This document shows, one piece after another, positions 22,901 through 30,382 of a stretch of 30,382 nt of DNA; position 1 is the first letter of the stretch; every line of letters begins with the position of its first letter. The stretch comes from Zygophlyctis sp. KS116 (lineage: Eukaryota > Fungi > Chytridiomycota): NCBI GenBank assembly GCA_054661495.1, contig BAAFSQ010000105.1, forward strand, positions 1 through 30,382. Direction: 5' to 3'. The position numbers and the translations under genes are program-made. The notes beneath the pieces are model-generated. The model was given only the letters and a program-made list of their open reading frames with translations. It had not been told where the DNA came from and ran no database searches.

Positions 22901-25900
22901 ATCCGTTTTAGAATACAAATTACCAATAAGTCCCGCTCTTCCCTCGGAAGGTTTATTATACGATTACCTTTTTGCTATAAATAATGAAGAACCCTCGGTA
23001 TGGACCCCATGGATCAACACTATACAGCTTGCACACATCCCCAAAGATATTGATTTCAACGAAATAGTCATACCTACCAAAGATACAGCTAGATATAATT
23101 ACTTGATGGATCTTTTTATAGCTAACAACAAGCATTTCAGCATTGTTGGGCCTACGGGTACTGGTAAATCTAAGTATATCACTTCAAAGCTTTTAAGTGG
23201 AGTTTCCAAAGAAAAATACATCCCTTTATTCGTCAATTTCTCTGCTAGAACCAGCTCTAGTCAAACACAGGACATTGTTATGGCAAAGCTGGACAAACGC
23301 AGAAAAGGTGTATTCGGACCGCCACTAGGAAAACGTTATTTGATATTCATTGATGATGTAAATCTACCTACGAAGGAAAAATATGGGGCTCAGCCACCAG
23401 TTGAACTATTCAGGCAGCTGCTGGATCATGGCAATTGGTATGACAAGAAGGATACTGCAAAATTAGAAATGATTGATTTGACATTAATTACAGCGATGGG
23501 ACCGCCAGGAGGGGGTAGAAATCAAGTCACTTCACGATTTCAGAGGCATTTTAATCAAGTGACGATCAACTCATTTGATGAGCTTACCATGCTGAGAATA
23601 TTCAATTCAATTTTGGAATGGCATTTTAATAGATTCGACTTTTCAGAAGAAATTAGATGGTCAGTCAACAAACTGGTCACAGCTACTTGTGATGTCTATC
23701 AGTGGGCAGTATCCAATTTGCTGCCCACGCCATCTAAAATGCATTATACATTTAATTTGCGAGATTACTCAAAGGTTATTCAAGGCTTATCTTTAAGCAG
23801 ACCTGGATATTTCAAAACCAGGCCTGATATAATTAGACTATGGGCCCATGAAATATATCGTGTCTACTATGATCGCCTGGTATCTGACGATGATAGATTC
23901 GGTTTATTTAATTTTGTCATGAGCAGTACTTTAAAAACATTTGAATTGGAACCCGATTTAGTATTTCAGCGAATCCGTTCTGGAAAAGGAGAAAATGATT
24001 CTGAAATACTTATGGAAGATGATTTAAGGAGTTTGATGTTTGGCGATTTTCTTGGGAAGCGTACTCCCGGAACCGAATCGCCTTATATTGAGCTAATTGA
24101 TTACAATGACTTGACCGCTGCTATCACTTCTCAGTTAAATGAGCACAATCAAGTGAAAAAAACCAAAATCAATTTGGTTCTTTTTAGATTTGCTATAGAG
24201 CACATTTGTCGAATTTGCCGAATCTTAAAGCTTCCAGGTGGAAATGCACTGCTAGTCGGAGTGGGAGGAAGCGGGAGGCAGAGTTTGGCTAAACTATCCA
24301 GTTTCATAATGCAATTTGAACTATTTCAAATTGAGATATCAAAAGCTTATTCTAAAGTTGAATGGAGGGAGGATATGAAGAGGCTCCTTCGCATAGCTGG
24401 CGTTGATAATCAAAATACGGTGTTCTTATTCCCTGATACTCAAATTAAGGAAGAGTCATTCATAGAAGATGTAAATAATTTACTTAATGCGGGGGATATT
24501 CCGAACATATTTACTGCAGAAGAAAAACAAGCAATTATAGATAAAACTCTACCAGAAGCTCGCGAGCAAGGCAGAGCTGGTGACGGATCTAATACAACTT
24601 TATACAATTACTTCTTGGAAAGAGTAAAGAAGCGCCTTCATATTGTCATTTGCATGAGTCCAATAGGAGAAGCTTTTCGGACTCGGTTGCGTCAATACTC
24701 GGCATTAGTTAACTGTTGCACAATTGATTGGTTCCAAGCTTGGCCTGAAGATGCATTACAAGCAGTAGCCCAGAAGTTCTTGAATGATGTCGAAATTGAC
24801 GAAGCGGTGCGACCAGCGGTAGAAAATATGTGTAAACATTTTCATCAATATACGATTGGGCTATCCGAAAAGTTTAGATCCAAGCTCAATCGATACAATT
24901 ATGTCACTCCAACTAGCTATCTAGAATTATTGAATTCTTTTAAAAGTTCGCTTGCAAAAAGAAAGGGAGAAGTCATCGCAATCAAGAAAAGATATGGGGG
25001 AGGATTAGAAAAACTTCAATTTGCAGCAGAACAAATAGCCCAAATGCAAATCGATTTAACAGAACTACAGCCCCAGTTGAAAAAGACTTCCGAAGAAACA
25101 GAGGAAATGTTAATAAAAATTGCCAAAGACTCAAAGGATGCAGAAGCCACAAAAATGATTGTATCGGCAGATGAATCAGCTGCGACTAAAAAGGCCGAAG
25201 AAGCCTCCGCTATCAAAACTGAATGTGAAAACGACTTAGCACAAGCGATTCCGCTGTTAAATGCTGCTATAGCCGCCTTGGACACACTAAAGAAAAGTGA
25301 CATAGACTTGGTCAAATCAATGAAAAATCCTCCTGATGGTGTTAAGTTGGTTATGGAAGCTGTGTGCGTGATGAAAGATTTAAAGCCAGAAAAGATTCCT
25401 GACCCATCAGGAAGTGGGAAAATGATTTTGGATTACTGGAAAACGTCACAGAAAATGATTGGTGATCCTGGATTTTTAAATAGTCTGAAAACTTTCGATA
25501 AGGATGATATACCTCCTAAAATCATCAAGACTATTCGAAGCACTTACATCCCAAACCCTGAATTTAAACCTGAAAAAGTAAGAAACGCATCATCTGCAGC
25601 TGAAGGCGTATGTACCTGGGTGATCGCTATGGAGGCATATGATCGAGTTGTTAAAGAGGTTGGACCTAAAAAAGCTGCCTTAAAGCTTGCAGAAGACGAT
25701 TTAGCTGTTACCATGAAAGGATTGAATGAGAAAAGGGCAATTTTGAGAGACGTGCTTGACCGATTGCAATTATTAAACGATAATTTGGAAGCTCTAACTC
25801 AGAAAAAAGCCAAACTAGAACGAGATGTAAAAAGCTGCTCTGAGCAATTAGAGAGAGCACAAAAATTACTTGGTGGATTGGGAGGCGAAAAGCAGCGCTG

Positions 25901-28900
25901 GACAGAAAGTTTAGAAATATTTAGTGCGACTTTATTCAATTTGACTGGGGATGTACTTATTGCTGCAGGAGTTATGGCCTATCTAGGACCGTTTACCAAA
26001 ACGTTCCGCCAAGAAGGAATTAATAATTGGGTCGAAAGCCTTAAAAAGGCGAATATTCCTTGCTCAGACTTTTTTTCATTAGCAAAAACATTAGGTGATC
26101 CTATTCGTATTCGGTCGTGGGTGATTGATGGCCTTCCTTCGGATCAATTTTCCTTAGATAATGGAATAATTGTTCAAAACTCTCGTCGTTGGCCATTAAT
26201 GATCGACCCTCAGGGCCAATCTAACAAGTGGGTGAAAAACATGGAAAAGAAGAATAAGCTTCAAATAATTAAATTAACAGATTCTGATTATGTTAGGACT
26301 TTAGAGAACGCAATTACCTTTGGATCCCCAATATTAATCGAAGATGTCAAGGAAGAGTTAGATCCAATTCTTGATTCTGTTTTACAAAAACAAACTTTTA
26401 AGTCTGGTGGATCTCTTTGTATTAGACTCGGTGATGCAGTTATTGAATATTCTGAGAATTTTAGGTTATACCTTACTACTAAGCTAAGAAATCCTCACTA
26501 CTTACCTGAAGTCGCTGTTAAGGTATCACTGTTGAACTTTATGATTACACCTGAGGGTTTAGAGGATCAACTTCTAGGGATAGTAGTGGCTCGGGAGAAA
26601 CCTGAACTGGAAGAAGAAAAGTCTCAATTGATTCTTCAAAGTGCTGACAATAAGAGAAAGTTAAAAGAGATCGAAGATAAGATTTTGGAGATTCTATCTT
26701 CTGCAGAAGGAAATATTTTAGAGAATGAAGTTGCGATAGAAGTTCTATCATCTTCAAAGGTTCTAGCAGTTGAACTGAACGAAAAACAAAAGATTGCAGA
26801 AGAGACCGAAAAGAAAATTGATGAAACCAGAGAATCGTATCGACCGATCGCGACGCATTCCTCGGTTTTATTCTTTTGTATTGCAAATTTAGCTAATATC
26901 GACTCAATGTATCAATATTCTTTGAATTGGTTCATTGATTTATTTTCAGCTGCAATTACACAGTCTGCTAAATCAAAAGATATAAAAAGAAGATTGAAAA
27001 ATCTTGAAACCTTTTTCACATACTCTCTATACACAAATGTTTGCCGGTCGCTTTTTGAAAAAGACAAGCTTATATTCTCATTTTTACTATGCACATCACT
27101 TCTCCGTCTCCATAAAGAATTGAATGAAAGTGAATTTTCTCAGCTTTTGACGGGTGGCGTAAGTTTAGGCGTTCCTCCAATCGGAAATCCAGATCCTCTT
27201 CTTATTTCAGAGAAGGGATGGGTCGAAATTTTTAAAATGTCTGATTTGGCAGCATTTAAAGGCATTATGGAGAATTTTAAAATCGAAGATTGGAAGGACA
27301 TACTAGACAGTCCTAATCCGTACGAGGCAAAGTTCCCCTCATCCTGGGCTCAAATAGACGATTTCCAAAAGCTGCTGATTATACGTGCATTAAGAAGCGA
27401 GAAAATTGTTCCTAGCATTCAAGCGTTCGTTAAGCTTAAGCTCGGACAAAAATTCATTGAACCCCCTACCTTTGACTTGTCAGGGTCTTACGATGACTCT
27501 TCCAACAAGACTCCTCTTATTTTCATTTTATCACCTGGAGTTGATCCTATGTCACAGTAAGATTTATTGTTTTTGAATTATAGGCTTTTGAAATTCGCAG
27601 ATGATAAAAATATCTCATGCAAGTCAATATCATTAGGTCAAGGCCAGGGTCCGATAGCAGCAGCCATGATTAACGATGCACAAAAAAGCGGTGGGTGGAC
27701 TGTGTTGCAGAATTGCCATCTTGCAGTTAGCTGGTTATCGACTTTGGAGAAAATAGTAGACGATATGGGCAGTAGTTCCGCAGCGATTCATAAAGATTTT
27801 CGTTTATGGCTGACGAGCTATCCGAGCCCTAGTTTCCCCGCATCTATTCTTCAGGGCGGAATTAAGATGACTAATGAGCCTCCTAAGGGTCTCAAGGCAA
27901 ATATTCTGAAAAGTTATTTAAGTGATCCAATCTCAGACGAAAAGTTTTTCACGGCTTGCAAAAAACCTAATGAGTGGGAAAAATTGTTATTTGGTTTGTG
28001 TACTTTCCATGCCGTTGTTCAGGTATTCTATATACTATTTACATTTTAGGAAAGAAGAAACTTTGGTCCGCTTGGCTGGAATATTCCGTACGAATTCAAC
28101 GATTCTGACTTAAGTATTTTAAAATTAGCACATTAATCGTTTAGGGATTAGCATTCGTCAGTTACAAATGTTCTTGGATGAATATGAAGAGATTCCGTTT
28201 GCAGCAATGATATATTTAACAGGAGAATGTAATTATGGAGGTAGAGTCACCGATGATCATGATCGCCGTACTTTGATGAATATTTTGACTACATTTTATT
28301 GTTCTGAAATTGTTATCAATGATTCATACAAATTTTCTCCTTCAGGAATCTATTACGCTCCTAACAAAGGGAAATATGAAAACTATATCGAGTTTATAAA
28401 ACAGCTTCCATTAAATCAAAACCCCGAAATGTTTGGGATTCATGACAACGGTGATATAGCTCGACAGTTAGCTGAGACCAAACTTTTATTTGATACTGTT
28501 ATTACGGCCCAGGGTGAATCGAAGACTGGCGGTGAAGGTCAAAAGACTTCTGAAGAGCTGTTAATTGAACTTTCTTCTGATATTTTAAACAGGATACCTG
28601 CCATATTCAAGATCGATGAAGTGGCCGAAAAATATCCTGTTAATTACAATGAAAGTATGAACACGGTTCTCGTCCAAGAAATGATCCGATTTAATAGACT
28701 GATACAAACAATTCTCAGTAGCTTAGTTAATGTTCAAAAGGCCATAATAGGTCTAGTTGTAATGTCTGCTGATTTAGAAGAAGTTTGTAAAAGCTTGTTA
28801 ATTGGAAAAGTACCGGTTTTGTGGGCATCTAAATCTTACCCATCCCTAAAACCGTTAGGATCTTATATCAATGACTTAATAGCTCGTTTGAATTTCTTTC

Positions 28901-29448
28901 AAAAATGGTATCATGAGGGGTGTCCTAAAGTCTATTGGATGTCTGGATTTTTCTTCACTCAGTCCTTCATCACTGGTAAGATATTTATTACTTACAAAAC
29001 AGCTGCCCTCCAAAATTATGCAAGGAAATACACAATTCCGATTGATGAGCTAGGTGTAGATTTTGAGGTCCTTGACGTGGACTCTTCAGATACTGCACCA
29101 GATGATGGTGTTTATGTTCAAGGCCTGAATCTAGAGGGAGCACGATGGGATCGCAAGAAGCATCTTCTTGTCGAATCAAATAACAAAATATTGTATGACC
29201 TCCTTCCGATCATATGGTTCAAGCCAATTCTTCTTTCAAACATATCAGTCGAAATGAAATATGTTTGTCCTGTTTATAAGACAAGTGCAAGACGTGGTGT
29301 GCTCTCGACAACTGGGCATTCAACAAACTTTGTCATTGCACTTCGCCTACCGACAGATAAGCCTCAAAAACAATGGATATTGCGAGGTGTTGCTATTTTG
29401 TAAGTGTTAAATAAGCTAAATTAAAATAGATTACAACTGGACGATTGA
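16950..29448 (+). CDS. DNAH7: Axonemal single-headed inner-arm dynein heavy chain, DNAH7/3/12 group (4034 aa), 15 exons
   Basis: Fourteen introns (17273-17298, 17334-17362, 17672-17704, 17751-17777, 18054-18078, 18734-18762, 18942-18971, 20656-20683, 22475-22499, 27557-27583, 28023-28049, 28114-28144, 28976-29002, 29400-29429) give a 12105-nt frame. Splicing restores conserved motifs AVAS|[14 protein letters not shown]|[11 protein letters not shown] and GVAIL|LQLDD*. P-loops are [24 protein letters not shown] and GVGGSGRQS, and the N-terminal tail is short. The dynein call is certain; exact DNAH7 orthology is less so. Confidence 0.93.
28976..29002 (+). other. Stop-free, in-frame 27-nt intron hidden inside a track ORF
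   Basis: The sequence is gtaagatatttattacttacaaaacag. Removing it turns [21 protein letters not shown] into [12 protein letters not shown], the spacing expected for dynein (FLTGxLQNYARK). Confidence 0.88.
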
Positions 29449-29466
29449 TCAGTAAGTATGATTCTC

Positions 29467-29472
29467 AATAAA
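29467..29472 (+). terminator. Candidate polyadenylation signal AATAAA after dynein
   Basis: AATAAA lies 18 nt after the TGA at 29448, a similar offset to the one after REI1. Confidence 0.35.
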
Positions 29473-29565
29473 AAATTATTATAACTCTGATATAATTCTC
29501 ATCGAATTTTTTATGATAACCTGAATAAGTGTGCAGTAATAGAACCTAATACCCGAAATGTACCG

Positions 29566-29631
29566 TAACGCGAAATCACGCGCTCACCAAAATGAAACGC
29601 CTAACGCGAACTCCACGCGCTCACCAAAATG
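29566..29631 (+). repeat. Imperfect direct repeat (29/30 nt), each unit carrying two ACGCG cores and ending in CACCAAAATG
   Basis: taacgcgaaatcacgcgctcaccaaaatg (29566-29594) and taacgcgaactccacgcgctcaccaaaatg (29602-29631). Confidence 0.92.
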
Positions 29632-30382
29632 CTTTTGAACTGTCGTTTCATCTCCTTGATAATTGCAAGCCTTTGCTTAAGCTTTATTAATGCTCAATCT
29701 AAAAATACTAGGCAGATCTCCAAAAGTGTAGTGAATACTTTGAATCACAAAACTGCGCCGATTCAATTCAATGCCACTAGTAAAACCCAAACTGTGGTTC
29801 AGAAAAAATTGTATTCTACATCTTTTCTGAATAGATCTATTGCAGATACTAATACGCAAAAGAAAATTCAGCGCAAATTGAAGCCCACAACTGCGCCGAT
29901 TCAATCCGCGGTTCAGAAAAAGGTGTATTCTACATATATCCCAAATCAATATCAAGTTAAAAACATTATGAGCTCCTTTGTATCGAATTCTTTGCATTCC
30001 TCAATGGTGCCCACTCGATCATTAGCTGATCATGAAAGCGACTATGTCCTCAAAACTAATAGGATTTCTAAGACTAATCTAGCTCATTTTGAATCTCATG
30101 AGCATATTACCATTCATACTTGGTATTCTACATCTATTTTCACACAAACTGCTGATAATAAGAGAAGTGAATACTTTGTTCAGATAACAGTGTTACCCGA
30201 AGATGTTATTAGCGATGAAAGTAATTATTTAACCCAAGATACTTTGGAACCAACTGGTTTTCCAACTGAAGCACCTGGCGATCAGGAAATACAGGATGAT
30301 AATTCGAATGTTTTGGACCCAACTGAAGCACCTGCTGAACAGGAAATCCAAGATGATGATTCTTATACTTTGGAACCAACTG
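29629..30382 (+). CDS. Putative secreted/surface Ser-Thr-rich repeat protein, 3'-partial (at least 251 aa), absent from the ORF track
   Basis: Open from ATG 29629 to the window end. MLLNCRFISLIIASLCLSFINA|QSKN is signal-peptide-like, followed by duplicated TAPIQ...VQKK(L/V)YST segments and acidic PTEAP repeats. Confidence 0.8.
   Translation, partial: MLLNCRFISLIIASLCLSFINAQSKNTRQISKSVVNTLNHKTAPIQFNATSKTQTVVQKKLYSTSFLNRSIADTNTQKKIQRKLKPTTAPIQSAVQKKVYSTYIPNQYQVKNIMSSFVSNSLHSSMVPTRSLADHESDYVLKTNRISKTNLAHFESHEHITIHTWYSTSIFTQTADNKRSEYFVQITVLPEDVISDESNYLTQDTLEPTGFPTEAPGDQEIQDDNSNVLDPTEAPAEQEIQDDDSYTLEPT
30262..30382 (+). repeat. 57-nt (19-aa) tandem coding repeat PTEAPxxQEIQDDxSxxL(D/E)
   Basis: CCAACTG(AAGCACCTG) starts at 30262, 30319 and 30376; the third copy is cut by the window end. 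Confidence 0.9.

Noticed and set aside
4367-29448. Pseudogenes, programmed frameshifts or stop-codon reassignment as the cause of ORF fragmentation
   Set aside because: Each break is flanked by GT...AG 24-33 nt apart, and removal restores both frame and conserved motifs. TAA, TAG and TGA all serve as true terminal stops.
1-29448. Golgin, DOCK, p150-like and dynein as a cytoskeletal gene cluster
   Set aside because: Dynactin serves cytoplasmic dynein-1 rather than axonemal inner arms, unrelated genes are interspersed, and no synteny data are available.
2347-29631. Short direct repeats read as CRISPR arrays or transposon ends
   Set aside because: There are only two copies each, the context is eukaryotic, and there are no cas or transposase genes or terminal inverted repeats.
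891-29997. Short antisense or alternate-frame ORFs in the track (e.g. 891-1190, 7097-7372, 9822-10139, 13470-13766, 25016-25315, 26545-26886, 29677-29997)
   Set aside because: They lie within well-supported CDSs, show no motifs, and are expected shadows of biased codon usage.

Overview
Eukaryotic, AT-rich and extremely compact genomic window. It is inferred to come from a flagellated (zoosporic, chytrid-like) fungus or close relative, based on an axonemal inner-arm dynein alongside fungal-style Imh1/GRIP, Rei1, Sis1 and DOCK genes. The fragmented ORF track is explained by 34 miniature GT-AG introns of 24-33 nt (mode 27-28 nt), reconstructed by hand. Removing them gives nine protein genes plus one tRNA: a 5'-partial GRIP golgin (+, one junction unresolved), a small ankyrin protein (-), a DOCK180-type GEF (+), a divergent CAP-Gly-less dynactin p150-like protein (-), tRNA-Ile(AAT) (-), an M14 carboxypeptidase (-), REI1 (+), a Sis1-type DnaJ (+), a 4034-aa DNAH7-like dynein heavy chain (+) and a 3'-partial secreted repeat protein (+). 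The most notable features are the tightly length-constrained miniature-intron system with eroded 5' splice sites, two convergent gene pairs whose stop codons interlock in the same CTAA tetramer, spacers as short as 27 bp between co-oriented genes, and the odd p150 paralogue. Homology calls rest on motif recognition; no database searches were run.
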